A stretch of DNA of 64,000 bases, taken from a phage. The notes below the pieces were generated by a model. That model saw nothing but the letters and a program-made list of their open reading frames with translations, had not been told where the DNA came from and made no database searches. Positions within the stretch are counted from its first letter, which is position 1; each line of letters starts with the position of its first letter. The DNA lies in sequence record PX880102.1. The stretch is one strand, 5' to 3'. Position numbers and translations under genes: made by a program. Shown here piece by piece: positions 53,756 to 62,617 of this stretch.

Positions 53756-54375
53756 TCAACTACCTCAATATCATAAACTTTAAATGTTCCAAATGAATCG
53801 TGTAATTTTTCTTTTGAAATAGAAGTTATTCTATACTTTCCAATTGGAATCATCCATTCTTGTTCACGCACAATCATCATTAAGTTATCAGTACGCTCTG
53901 AATCTAACCCATCAGTATCTTCATATGTATACTTAAACTCAGTATTAGGAGAAGAAAGTATAATATCGCTGATATGGTCAGAGTAATTAAAAGCTTTATC
54001 AGTTTTTAAGCGAAGTATTGTTTCAGTGAAATATTCAGCATAAGAAAAAGAACACGCTGTATGCAAACTAGTAGTAAATGAATCTACCCTGTTCGTTGAA
54101 AACACTTCTCCAACTTGTAAATCTTTAATGAGTTCTTTTGTCGATTTTGATATACCACGATATAATTGATAAGGCGATTTAGTTAAATGCTTTTTAATGA
54201 TTTTATTCAACTGTCTGTGAAGAGCTTCATTCTTTTTGGCTTCCATACATTGCCAAAGAATTGACTGTTCAAAGTCAGTAAATTTTTCACAGACCTTTTT
54301 ATACATATCATATTGAAAATCAACGCTTTCGGCTTTTATAGATAACTGTTCAACATCTGCAAGATTAATAATCAT
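53752..54375 (-). CDS. modB: ADP-ribosyltransferase ModB (207 aa)
   Basis: 207 aa; LYRGIS motif; ATGA overlap with modA. Confidence 0.75.
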   Translation of the reverse strand: MIINLADVEQLSIKAESVDFQYDMYKKVCEKFTDFEQSILWQCMEAKKNEALHRQLNKIIKKHLTKSPYQLYRGISKSTKELIKDLQVGEVFSTNRVDSFTTSLHTACSFSYAEYFTETILRLKTDKAFNYSDHISDIILSSPNTEFKYTYEDTDGLDSERTDNLMMIVREQEWMIPIGKYRITSISKEKLHDSFGTFKVYDIEVVE

Positions 54376-54399
54376 GATAGCCTCCGTATACTTCAGAAG

Positions 54400-54433
54400 C
54401 TATCATATCATCGTTAGAAAGGAAAGTAAACAA
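54400..54433 (-). promoter_or_regulatory. T4-type early promoter upstream of modB
   Basis: GTTTAC (54426-54431 rc), 18 nt, TATGAT. Confidence 0.45.
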
Positions 54434-54442
54434 CTTTTTGAA

Positions 54443-54625
54443 TTATTTTGCCCAGGGAGCCCAAGGCGGAGGGTCAAGATGGTATGAAGCTAGTTCTTCT
54501 AGAAGAGCATCTGGGGCTTCAATTCCATAATTCTGTAATACTATACGGTACTCTTTCTTATAATCACTAGAATCATTCTGGATATTCGTAGAATGATTAT
54601 CTTCTAACATCTCAAATAAATCCAT
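54443..54625 (-). CDS. hypothetical acidic protein (60 aa)
   Basis: ORF track. Confidence 0.4.
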   Translation of the reverse strand: MDLFEMLEDNHSTNIQNDSSDYKKEYRIVLQNYGIEAPDALLEELASYHLDPPPWAPWAK

Positions 54626-54633
54626 ACTAATTC

Positions 54634-55104
54634 CTAGCGATAAAAACCAAATTGACGATTAGCTTCAATAATCTTTCTTTCTTCTTCGGACATTCTCCAG
54701 CGTAGTCCAACATCAAAATGAGCCCAGACCATCTTAACAAATGCATTTATATCCTTAATATCTTCAATAATGAATGTTTTACTTTTAGAAGATTGACTCG
54801 CTAATTTAACTTTATCGTCTTCAAACAGGTCAAAAAGACTATATTCATGAGCTCTTTTATAGCCTTTAATAGTTAAAGCTTCGGAAGAAGAAAACGGCGA
54901 ATCAGTATTCTGCAAAATATCTTCAGTATGCTTTATAATTAGAATAACATTTTCTGGATATTTTCTTTCTTTTATATCTTTAATTAAAATATCCGGATTT
55001 TCTGCTAAAGGAATAATTAATGAGCACTTTTTATCAAGTGTATTTACTGATTTACCTTCTTTAGACATAAATTCTATTGAATAATGTTTTGCTACTTCAA
55101 TCAT
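54634..55104 (-). CDS. hypothetical protein (156 aa)
   Basis: ORF track. Confidence 0.5.
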
Positions 55105-55257
55105 GTGATTTCCTTTTGCCTACTAATGGACCGTCAGGAATTTTATTTTCCTGAATGTATTTCTCATTTTCTTCCATCATTTTACTGCCAATTTTAAGAA
55201 GCAAATCCATTGCTTCATTTGCTTTAGCCTTGGCCTCTTCCAGCGTCATATCTTTGT

Positions 55258-55461
55258 TCATGATTTATCACCATAGATGTCTCTCATCAATTTAAGCGCT
55301 GAGCGTTCTAATTTCTTTTCTTTCTCAGCACTAATCATTGATTTCATCCATTCTTCTGATTCGTTCTGCATTTCTTTATTTGCTTGTTCAACCCAACCAT
55401 CATCAATATACATTGAGTTTGGTCTATTAAACCATTCAAGAATCTTCTTGAGAGCTTTCAT
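55258..55461 (-). CDS. hypothetical protein (67 aa)
   Basis: ORF track. Confidence 0.45.
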
Positions 55462-55933
55462 TTATTTTACCTAAAACAATAGTATGGACACCGTCAAATT
55501 TATGAATTTTTAGCAAATTAGGATTTAAATTATTCCATAAAGAGGTAATAAAATATGATAGCGCACTTTCGTCCGTAATTATAAATTTATTTCCCTTATC
55601 AATTTTCCAGTCATATATTGAATCATATGAATAGAAGGATAACGGTTTATTGTTATAGTATGCTTCAGCAACATCAATATAGTTAGATTTAGTAAATGCT
55701 TGAATTGCCATAAATGGAGAATTTTGTACAGTTTCAATAATTCCGATCTTTTTAAGTTTTATTTCAACATCTTCTGGAACTGGCATTGAAATAAAATCTT
55801 CTACTAGATACATGTTATTGTCATATCTTTTATCAATCATTACTGCTACGGTAATTGGAACATCCTTGACAAACGCCATACTAATACTATTGATAGACAT
55901 TTCAAACAAAATTGCTTCCATAATTTTCCTCAA
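55436..55933 (-). CDS. hypothetical protein (165 aa)
   Basis: ORF track. Confidence 0.5.
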   Translation of the reverse strand: MRKIMEAILFEMSINSISMAFVKDVPITVAVMIDKRYDNNMYLVEDFISMPVPEDVEIKLKKIGIIETVQNSPFMAIQAFTKSNYIDVAEAYYNNKPLSFYSYDSIYDWKIDKGNKFIITDESALSYFITSLWNNLNPNLLKIHKFDGVHTIVLGKINESSQEDS

Positions 55934-56271
55934 TCACAAGATGTAGATGAACAACTAGAATCACAAGAACTTCCACATGAATCACCTGCCCATACATGAA
56001 CAGGAACATTAGTATCATATGAATCAGAACTAGACTGTGTATTCTGTGCATTAGATGATGTAGTAGGTGTTGACCAGCGCCAAGGATTTTTATAATATTC
56101 TTGGGCTTCTTCATAAGTCATAGTAACTGCTTCTACTGTTCCATCTCCCATATAAACATATTCAACTACAGTTAAAGGAAGATAGTCATTTGAAATAGGA
56201 ACTACACCTTCTCCGGGAGTTGTAGAGAAAAAATCTGTAAAGAAATTTTTAAACCAATTAAAGATAAACAT
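55930..56271 (-). CDS. hypothetical protein with C-terminal Cys/Ser-rich tail (113 aa)
   Basis: ORF track; tail [17 protein letters not shown]. Confidence 0.5.
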   Translation of the reverse strand: MFIFNWFKNFFTDFFSTTPGEGVVPISNDYLPLTVVEYVYMGDGTVEAVTMTYEEAQEYYKNPWRWSTPTTSSNAQNTQSSSDSYDTNVPVHVWAGDSCGSSCDSSCSSTSCD

Positions 56272-56477
56272 TACAAAAAGCCTCTTTTGAATTCGACTTG
56301 TTTATCGCCATAATCATATCGAATCTCTGCGTTAAATTCAACAGAACCATCTGCGTACATCATAAATGAATGCACAACAACTTCTGTAGACCATGGTTGC
56401 AATTCATATTTCTTCATTACATGCCGTGAAATGATAATATCTAAATCTTCATTTGGTTTAATCCAACGATTTAACAT
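56271..56477 (-). CDS. hypothetical protein (68 aa)
   Basis: ORF track; early promoter upstream. Confidence 0.5.
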   Translation of the reverse strand: MLNRWIKPNEDLDIIISRHVMKKYELQPWSTEVVVHSFMMYADGSVEFNAEIRYDYGDKQVEFKRGFL

Positions 56478-56499
56478 AGTGCTCTCCTCTATAAGATAA

Positions 56500-56535
56500 T
56501 TCTATTATACCATACTCATTTTGGAAAGTAAACCG
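56500..56535 (-). promoter_or_regulatory. T4-type early promoter
   Basis: GTTTAC (56528-56533 rc), 18 nt, TATAAT. Confidence 0.5.
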
Positions 56536-56542
56536 GTAAAAT

Positions 56543-56567
56543 GAAAAAAGGACTCCCGAAGGAGTCC
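56543..56567 (-). terminator. intrinsic terminator downstream of soc
   Basis: hairpin identical to the one at 2962..2986 plus U6. Confidence 0.7.
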
Positions 56568-56575
56568 TTGAATTA

Positions 56576-56812
56576 TTAACCACCTATTTCTGTGGGTGTA
56601 AACATTGCAGCATTCTTAGTTTTCCAGTCAGCTGCATCAGAAACTACAGTAGAATATGCCGCCTTTTCAGAAGGAAAGGTCTGATAATGAGAATCTGCAA
56701 TACGATGCTCGTTAGAATAAATTTCAAACGGAACAGAAACTTCCATACCTTTAACTTCTTTGCCTTCACCTGCTGGATGAGTAAAGGTCTTGATGTTAAC
56801 GAAACCACCCAT
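56576..56812 (-). CDS. soc: small outer capsid protein Soc (78 aa)
   Basis: VNIKTF...HYQTFPSEKAAYSTV matches T4 Soc; TATAAATA late promoter upstream. Confidence 0.8.
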   Translation of the reverse strand: MGGFVNIKTFTHPAGEGKEVKGMEVSVPFEIYSNEHRIADSHYQTFPSEKAAYSTVVSDAADWKTKNAAMFTPTEIGG

Positions 56813-56842
56813 AATAAACTCCTTTATTGTTTAATTACAGGT

Positions 56843-56850
56843 GTATTTAT
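56843..56850 (-). promoter_or_regulatory. late promoter TATAAATA for soc
   Basis: exact TATAAATA on minus strand about 30 nt upstream of the soc ATG. Confidence 0.6.
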
Positions 56851-56993
56851 AACTTACAATTTAGCGGCTTTCCAGAGTTGTTCAATAATCTCTTGGTCTA
56901 TTTCTTTAGTTATTTCATTACGTAATAAAGCAGTAAGGGCTTTCGCCCTTTTCTTATTCAACTTTTTGAGTTGGCGTTTATTTAAACGGGACA

Positions 56994-57512
56994 TTAATAA
57001 CCTCGGTCTTGACGTGCGAAATTTTCAGCATTTTTCAGATAATAAAGTTTAAAGATTTCTTCCGCTGTAAGACCAAGACCCTGGAACATATTCAGAACGA
57101 AATGAAGAATATCAATCATTTCAAATTTAATTTCTAACTGGTCTTGTGGAGACAAATCAGTAATCAGAGTTTCACGACGTTCACCATGCTGCGACTTCCA
57201 AGGTTTCCATACAGCAGATGCGTCTTTTTCACCATTACTCATACCACCAAGAGAAGTCAGAAGTTCACGGAATTCATCGTCAATATAATCTTTCTGATTA
57301 CGCAACCAATCAACAACTTCACCGGCAGTAGCTAAGTCATCAGGATGACGATTATATTCAGGTTTATCTTTAGCTAAACGAACCTGCAAAGATTTCTGCA
57401 TATCAAGCATTACCTGCAGCGGGTCTTTTTCATCGCCGAGAATATCCCAATATTCATTTTGAGCTTTATCAGCGCCTTCAATCAGTTGTGAACATTCGTT
57501 AAAGTAAGCCAT
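56994..57512 (-). CDS. 56: gp56 dCTPase/dUTPase, MazG-like (172 aa from MAYFNE)
   Basis: ORF track 56994..57605 trimmed; MotA-box middle promoter upstream. Confidence 0.8.
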   Translation of the reverse strand: MAYFNECSQLIEGADKAQNEYWDILGDEKDPLQVMLDMQKSLQVRLAKDKPEYNRHPDDLATAGEVVDWLRNQKDYIDDEFRELLTSLGGMSNGEKDASAVWKPWKSQHGERRETLITDLSPQDQLEIKFEMIDILHFVLNMFQGLGLTAEEIFKLYYLKNAENFARQDRGY

Positions 57513-57546
57513 TATTTTTCCTTTCAATTCATGGGTTAGTAGATTA

Positions 57547-57572
57547 ATTATACAATAAATATATAAAGCAAT
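57547..57572 (-). promoter_or_regulatory. MotA-box middle promoter for gene 56
   Basis: ATTGCTTTA box (57564-57572 rc), 11 nt, TATAAT (57547-57552 rc). Confidence 0.5.
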
Positions 57573-57583
57573 AAGGAGGACAT

Positions 57584-57784
57584 ATGGTACAAAAATTAAT
57601 GGCACTTGTTAATGCCATCAAAGGTAATAAGAAACGTATAGCTTTTACTATTTCTGCTATGGTAGGAATTTTACTCTGGAACTTTATTTTATCACCAATT
57701 GCAATTGCGCATGGTGTTAATATTCCAGTAGTTACTCTTGATACATTCGTAGATCTAGCATTTGCTTTAGTTGGGTTGATTTAA
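57584..57784 (+). CDS. possible small membrane protein (66 aa), only plus-strand ORF in this minus block
   Basis: AAGGAGGA 4-5 nt before ATG; two hydrophobic segments; lies in the 56-61 intergenic space; could be chance. Confidence 0.35.
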   Translation: MVQKLMALVNAIKGNKKRIAFTISAMVGILLWNFILSPIAIAHGVNIPVVTLDTFVDLAFALVGLI

Positions 57785-58809
57785 ATCTTAGCATATTTAG
57801 ATAGCCGCATTTTAGCCATCAACCCCTGGGCAATATTATTTTTCATATATTCCATAATTTGTTCAGGGGTTGCACCTTCCTTTCTAATCATATCATTAAC
57901 ATCTTTAGATTTCCAGGGAGATTTATCCCAAAACATAACCCTTTCTCCTGCATCAACTAATTTAGTCATTCGTTTGATAGTGTCAGGGTGACGAGGTTCA
58001 TTATCTAAAACCCACACTCGTCTATCTTTAAATGGAACAATTTCTAGGTCTAATTGACCACCCGTAATAGCTATACCATTTTCAATAAAAAGTGAATCTA
58101 TAGGTCCTTCTAGAACATATACATCGCCATCTTTAACTCGTTCGACTCCATAGATTTTTGTTGCCTCAGGATAAGCTTTAATGGTGATATATTTTTGAGG
58201 AGCATTTTTCTTTAATGCACGCCCTTGAAACGACTCGGCTTTTCCGTTAGCATTATAAATTGGAATAACAAGACGAGGCTCAGGTATTTCCTTTTTATAT
58301 GTTCCCGGTGCTATGCTATTAACCAATTTAGGCCATTCGGTTGTAAACCAAAGATATTTCCATTTATCCTTTGGAATACAACGAGCTTTTACGTATTTTA
58401 TAATTGGATGGTCTTCCGCCAGTTTATCTAATCTAACACATGACGGAAGAGATTTAATTATTTTCTTCTCAGGTTGTTTAGGAAGTTCTTTAGGTTTTTC
58501 TACTGGACGACTTTTACCTTTTTCTTTTCTTATTTCAAAGATATACTCACGATATAAATCAGGTTCAAACTCCTTTAAATATATTCCGATTGGTGCGTGA
58601 TAGTTACAGTTATAACAATGAATATTTCCTTCATTATTATCACCATAATACCATCCACGAGCTTTATTCTGGTCGGTTTTTGAATCTCCACAAACGGGGC
58701 ATCTAAACCGCAATTTAAAAGTTGAACTATTATTTACTTGTGTGAATTTAGGTAAATGAGCCAATGCACGATACGCAAACTCATTATCAATCCAAGGTAT
58801 TGATGACAT
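57781..58809 (-). CDS. 61: gp61 DNA primase (342 aa)
   Basis: N-terminal zinc ribbon CPVCGDSK...CYNC; TOPRIM; 342 aa. Confidence 0.9.
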   Translation of the reverse strand: MSSIPWIDNEFAYRALAHLPKFTQVNNSSTFKLRFRCPVCGDSKTDQNKARGWYYGDNNEGNIHCYNCNYHAPIGIYLKEFEPDLYREYIFEIRKEKGKSRPVEKPKELPKQPEKKIIKSLPSCVRLDKLAEDHPIIKYVKARCIPKDKWKYLWFTTEWPKLVNSIAPGTYKKEIPEPRLVIPIYNANGKAESFQGRALKKNAPQKYITIKAYPEATKIYGVERVKDGDVYVLEGPIDSLFIENGIAITGGQLDLEIVPFKDRRVWVLDNEPRHPDTIKRMTKLVDAGERVMFWDKSPWKSKDVNDMIRKEGATPEQIMEYMKNNIAQGLMAKMRLSKYAKI

Positions 58810-58811
58810 TT

Positions 58812-58976
58812 TTACTCTTCTTTTTCTTTAGATTCCTCTTTTTTCTTTTTAGGAATCTGTTCAGGACCTTTATTTACTACAGCACCTGATGTTGTTCCAG
58901 TAGAGATATTTTCAGGATTACCACCTGAATCTCCAGCAACCATATCTTCTTTAATAAATTCTTTATATGTTTTCAT
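58812..58976 (-). CDS. small Lys/Glu-rich protein (54 aa)
   Basis: manual translation; TAATATG coupling. Confidence 0.35.
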   Translation of the reverse strand: MKTYKEFIKEDMVAGDSGGNPENISTGTTSGAVVNKGPEQIPKKKKEESKEKEE

Positions 58977-59020
58977 ATTAACCTCTATTCATAAAAGCAT
59001 TAAAAATTTGGTCATCAATC
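58974..59020 (-). repeat. direct repeat copy A (about 47 bp, roughly 92 percent identical to copy B)
   Basis: catattaacctctattcataaaagcattaaaaatttggtcatcaatcga. Confidence 0.7.
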
Positions 59021-59334
59021 GATGGAATAGCAACTTTTTCTGCATCATTTAGCAAATCATTAATTTCATCAGATAGCATAACACATGTACCTTTATTTCC
59101 TGTAATTGTTACTGCACAATTACGAACGTTTTCTTTATTAAATTTTAGGTTAATATTTTCGTAATGAAAATCCTTTAATGCTGAATATATTTTTAAAATA
59201 AAATTGTCTTTTACTACAATAAACCCAACCTCACTATTAAAACGTGGTTCATGGAAACTGTAATAAACCTTTTCATCTATAAAATCGTATGAAATTTTTT
59301 CCATTTTTAAATATGAAAATTCAGAACTATACAT
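58978..59334 (-). CDS. hypothetical protein, single-domain paralog of the adjacent 213 aa gene (118 aa)
   Basis: shares the VKDN core and an identical C-terminal IDDQIFNAFMN(R/K)G tail with 59336..59977. Confidence 0.55.
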   Translation of the reverse strand: MYSSEFSYLKMEKISYDFIDEKVYYSFHEPRFNSEVGFIVVKDNFILKIYSALKDFHYENINLKFNKENVRNCAVTITGNKGTCVMLSDEINDLLNDAEKVAIPSIDDQIFNAFMNRG

Positions 59335-59378
59335 ATTAACCTTTATTCATAAAAGCATTAAAAATTTGATCGTCAATA
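59332..59378 (-). repeat. direct repeat copy B
   Basis: catattaacctttattcataaaagcattaaaaatttgatcgtcaataga. Confidence 0.7.
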
Positions 59379-59977
59379 GAAACTTTTACTTTAGGATGTT
59401 CTTCAAACGGTAATTCATATCCACATATTACAATTTTGTGATCGATACCAAAATACACAGAAGCAATATGATTAATATTATTTTCAGTGAAATCTAAATC
59501 AACATCAATATCTTTTTGACTAACGCTCAAAGGATAATTAATACGAATAATTCGATTATCTTTAACAAAGATTCCACCGACATACTCTGTGTTGCGTTTA
59601 AAGTTTACACGTTTCCTAAATGAAAAATATTCAGGTTCTTTATGAGCCCGACTCATAGGACACAATGAGTAGCTAGAATAAGAGATGTCAAATCCTACAC
59701 CTTCAATATGAGCCAACGTGTCATGATTAAACCAATTATAATCATATGCCAAATCCATTATATTGTAATATGTGAAAGGCACCGGATTAACATCATATAT
59801 TGTACCTTTAAAATCTGCCCAGGCAACGATTTCATTATCTTTAACAATTACAAAAATTGTGCCAATAAGATATCCACGGTTATTTTCATCAGGCGTTATA
59901 TTATAACATTGCGCATCAGGAAATTTACCGTATTTAAACGGTGGATTTTTGTGCATATAATAAATCATATTATTCAC
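59336..59977 (-). CDS. hypothetical two-repeat protein (213 aa) at the T4 61.2 position
   Basis: two internal VKDN-core repeats; tail shared with 58978..59334. Confidence 0.55.
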   Translation of the reverse strand: MNNMIYYMHKNPPFKYGKFPDAQCYNITPDENNRGYLIGTIFVIVKDNEIVAWADFKGTIYDVNPVPFTYYNIMDLAYDYNWFNHDTLAHIEGVGFDISYSSYSLCPMSRAHKEPEYFSFRKRVNFKRNTEYVGGIFVKDNRIIRINYPLSVSQKDIDVDLDFTENNINHIASVYFGIDHKIVICGYELPFEEHPKVKVSIDDQIFNAFMNKG

Positions 59978-60263
59978 CTGTGATTTCGGTTACGATATCT
60001 TTGTTATCAAAATTAGGGTCACAATACAAAACATAGTTATACTGCATCACACCACCTGATTTAAGCTGTTTTTGTACTTCAACTTTCATATTGGGACGAT
60101 CACGCTCAACGATATTCATAATATCCGCTTCAATTTGAGTTTCAACTTCAGTCTGATCTGCAGTCATAGACCATTCACACAAATCTTTATCATAACCTGC
60201 CATAGCAGGCTGAGCAGCACAAGAAGCTAAAGCAAAAATTGCAGCAAAGATAAATTTTTTCAT
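59970..60263 (-). CDS. sp: probable Spackle periplasmic superinfection-exclusion protein (97 aa)
   Basis: 97 aa; cleavable signal peptide ...AQPAMA|G; position between 61 and 41. Confidence 0.6.
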   Translation of the reverse strand: MKKFIFAAIFALASCAAQPAMAGYDKDLCEWSMTADQTEVETQIEADIMNIVERDRPNMKVEVQKQLKSGGVMQYNYVLYCDPNFDNKDIVTEITGE

Positions 60264-60323
60264 GATAATCTCCTCAGTAGTTTATGTTTATATAGTATCT
60301 CAATTTCCAACAAAAGTAAACAG

Positions 60324-60635
60324 CTATTTTAAAACTTCTGCATAATCACATGTTACAAACTGTTTCTCTAACTTGACGATTTTACGAAAATACCTTTTAC
60401 ACTGACGAATCTGTCGCTTCGTAGGACGTACAGCAAACTTAATAAATTCCACTCGACCAAATGGAGGACTTTCTTCTGCTGGAATATCTAGCACCAATTC
60501 CCACGTATCTGCAATAAGTGCTTTGAATTGCGTATTTTTCCTGACGTTATACGGAGTAGGTTTAAATAAAACAATATGCATATTATCCTCGGCAATCCAC
60601 TTCGCACACTTTCTTGTCATCAATGAAAGCTTCAA
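60324..60635 (-). CDS. hypothetical basic protein (103 aa)
   Basis: ORF track. Confidence 0.5.
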   Translation of the reverse strand: MKLSLMTRKCAKWIAEDNMHIVLFKPTPYNVRKNTQFKALIADTWELVLDIPAEESPPFGRVEFIKFAVRPTKRQIRQCKRYFRKIVKLEKQFVTCDYAEVLK

Positions 60636-60765
60636 CTAATGCTTTATTAACTTCAGCATATTGAGTAGTAGCCCATTGAACGTCATCTTTCATCATTGTG
60701 GTTTCTTTAGTAAACATGCTTTCATTCTTAAACCACCCCATAAAAACTACCTTTACCAATTCCAT
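60583..60765 (-). CDS. dmd: probable Dmd antitoxin (60 aa)
   Basis: 60 aa; immediately downstream of gene 41 with own early promoter, as in T4. Confidence 0.65.
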   Translation of the reverse strand: MELVKVVFMGWFKNESMFTKETTMMKDDVQWATTQYAEVNKALVEAFIDDKKVCEVDCRG

Positions 60766-60791
60766 AACAATCTCCTCATTTAACCAACAAG

Positions 60792-60826
60792 ACTACTATA
60801 CCATAGTCTTGTCAGCTTGTAAACTA
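60792..60826 (-). promoter_or_regulatory. T4-type early promoter upstream of dmd
   Basis: GTTTAC (60819-60824 rc) overlapping gene 41 stop, 18 nt, TATAGT. Confidence 0.5.
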
Positions 60827-62251
60827 AAATTTTAATTCATTTGCCAAAGCATCTAACTGAGCTCGAGCTGATTCGTTTCTTTGATAGCGATTCTGTTCAG
60901 CCTGAATCTGCTGTGAACCTGCTACTTCACTCACTTCGGTTGGAGTAGAATCTTGTTCAATTTCTACCCATTTTTGATTTCCTTTTTGAACACCCATCAA
61001 AAACTTATTCCACTTATTCTTATCACCATATCGTGATTTGATTTGCTTAATGAGTTGTTGTTCAGCAGCTGCTAGCTCCTCGGTTTCAATGACCGCAAGC
61101 ATAAAATCAGCTGTTGCTGGAAGACCAGCAGATTCTGCAATATCGCTCATGTTAACATCGGAAGAGTCCCAAGCTTGTTTACCGACCTGTGCTGCAGTCC
61201 AAAGAACAGTTTCTGTTTCAACAGCCAGAGCACGTAATTCCTCTGCAATAGCTTTAACAGTTGTGTAACTATTTTCTGAATAAACTCTAATGCGGCAAGA
61301 TTTACAAATACCTAGATAGTCGACAATAATGATTGTTGGAACAAAATTCTTTTTGAGCTTCAATTCATTCAAGAGAGACCTGAATGTGTTAGCGTCTGCT
61401 CCACCAGTAGGATATTGCTTAACGATTAAACGACCGAGAGTAGATTTCTCACGCCATTTTTCCATTTTTCCTTTATACTCGGCATAAGAAATATGTCCAT
61501 CATCAATATCGTCAAGAGAAACATCGAGCATGTTAGCATCAATACGTTTAGCACAGACTTCTTCTGCCATTTCCATGGAGATATAAAGAACGTTATGACC
61601 AAGCTGCAAATAATCTGCTGCTAATGAACAAAGTCCTAATGATTTACCAACGTTAACGCCAGCCATTAAAACGTTCAGTGTTCCAGTCTCAGCTCCGCCT
61701 TTAGTAATTTTGTTTAGAATTCTGAGTTTAAATGGAACCTTACGAGCTTTATTCATATAAGATAGCCAACGCGCTTCATAGTCATCCATCCAATCATGAC
61801 CAACGTAGCTATCAAATGAAATTGATAATGCTTGGCGCATGATGTCAGGAATAGCACCTACATCTGGCATTTTCTTATTTCGTTTTTCCGGAGGAAGCTC
61901 AGCATTAGTTTGAATTTCGATTATTTTAGACGTAGCATTAAACATCGCCCTTTGCTGAACATATTTTTCTGTTTCTTTTACTAACCAGCTGTGGTCTTCT
62001 GGAGAATCAGTCAGTTTTGAAATAAGTGTTTTTACACCAGAATATTCTGTTTCAGTAAATGAACTATTTTCTAATGCAACATTTAACGCATTAATAGATG
62101 GAACGCTATGATACTCGTTGACATGAGATTTAATTAATTTGAATGTATTTTTAGCTGGACCACTTTCAAAATATTCTGAATCCATATATGGCCAAACTTT
62201 TGAAAAATAAGCTTGATCAAATATAAGATGAGAAAGAATAATTTCTACCAC
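60824..62251 (-). CDS. 41: gp41 replicative DNA helicase, DnaB-like (475 aa), GTG start
   Basis: MVEIILSHLIFDQ N-terminus; Walker A GVNVGKS; AAGGAG RBS 5 nt before GTG. Confidence 0.95.
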   Translation of the reverse strand: MVEIILSHLIFDQAYFSKVWPYMDSEYFESGPAKNTFKLIKSHVNEYHSVPSINALNVALENSSFTETEYSGVKTLISKLTDSPEDHSWLVKETEKYVQQRAMFNATSKIIEIQTNAELPPEKRNKKMPDVGAIPDIMRQALSISFDSYVGHDWMDDYEARWLSYMNKARKVPFKLRILNKITKGGAETGTLNVLMAGVNVGKSLGLCSLAADYLQLGHNVLYISMEMAEEVCAKRIDANMLDVSLDDIDDGHISYAEYKGKMEKWREKSTLGRLIVKQYPTGGADANTFRSLLNELKLKKNFVPTIIIVDYLGICKSCRIRVYSENSYTTVKAIAEELRALAVETETVLWTAAQVGKQAWDSSDVNMSDIAESAGLPATADFMLAVIETEELAAAEQQLIKQIKSRYGDKNKWNKFLMGVQKGNQKWVEIEQDSTPTEVSEVAGSQQIQAEQNRYQRNESARAQLDALANELKF

Positions 62252-62260
62252 ACTTACTCC

Positions 62261-62617
62261 TTAAAAGAATTTAAATTTTTTCTTTGACCTTTTATTAAAT
62301 GCATCTTGTAGTTGCATTGTAATACATTTTTCTACATGAGGAGCTAACTCAGCTTTTCTTTCTTGGTCAAGAACAGCAAAGTCCATTACAACCTTTCCAT
62401 TAACCCAATCTAATTTTGTTACATACACAATGTGTGTAGAACCATCTTCTAGTTTAATGACAATCTCCTGGATAACATTTTCCATGGCAGATTTAATTAT
62501 CTTAAGAGATTCATTAAAAAGACGTTCTTTTCTTTCTTCTTCCCCCTCCGAAGAGGGGGATTCATCGATAATTTCTAAATCTAAATCATCTTTACTCATT
62601 AAATTCTTCCATATCAC
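62261..62617 (-). CDS. 40: probable gp40 head assembly factor (118 aa)
   Basis: position between uvsX and 41; size. Confidence 0.55.
   Translation of the reverse strand: MIWKNLMSKDDLDLEIIDESPSSEGEEERKERLFNESLKIIKSAMENVIQEIVIKLEDGSTHIVYVTKLDWVNGKVVMDFAVLDQERKAELAPHVEKCITMQLQDAFNKRSKKKFKFF

Noticed and set aside
55902-56114. 70 aa His/Leu-rich ORF overlapping 55930..56271
   Set aside because: Alternative frame of the same low-complexity DNA, no independent signals.
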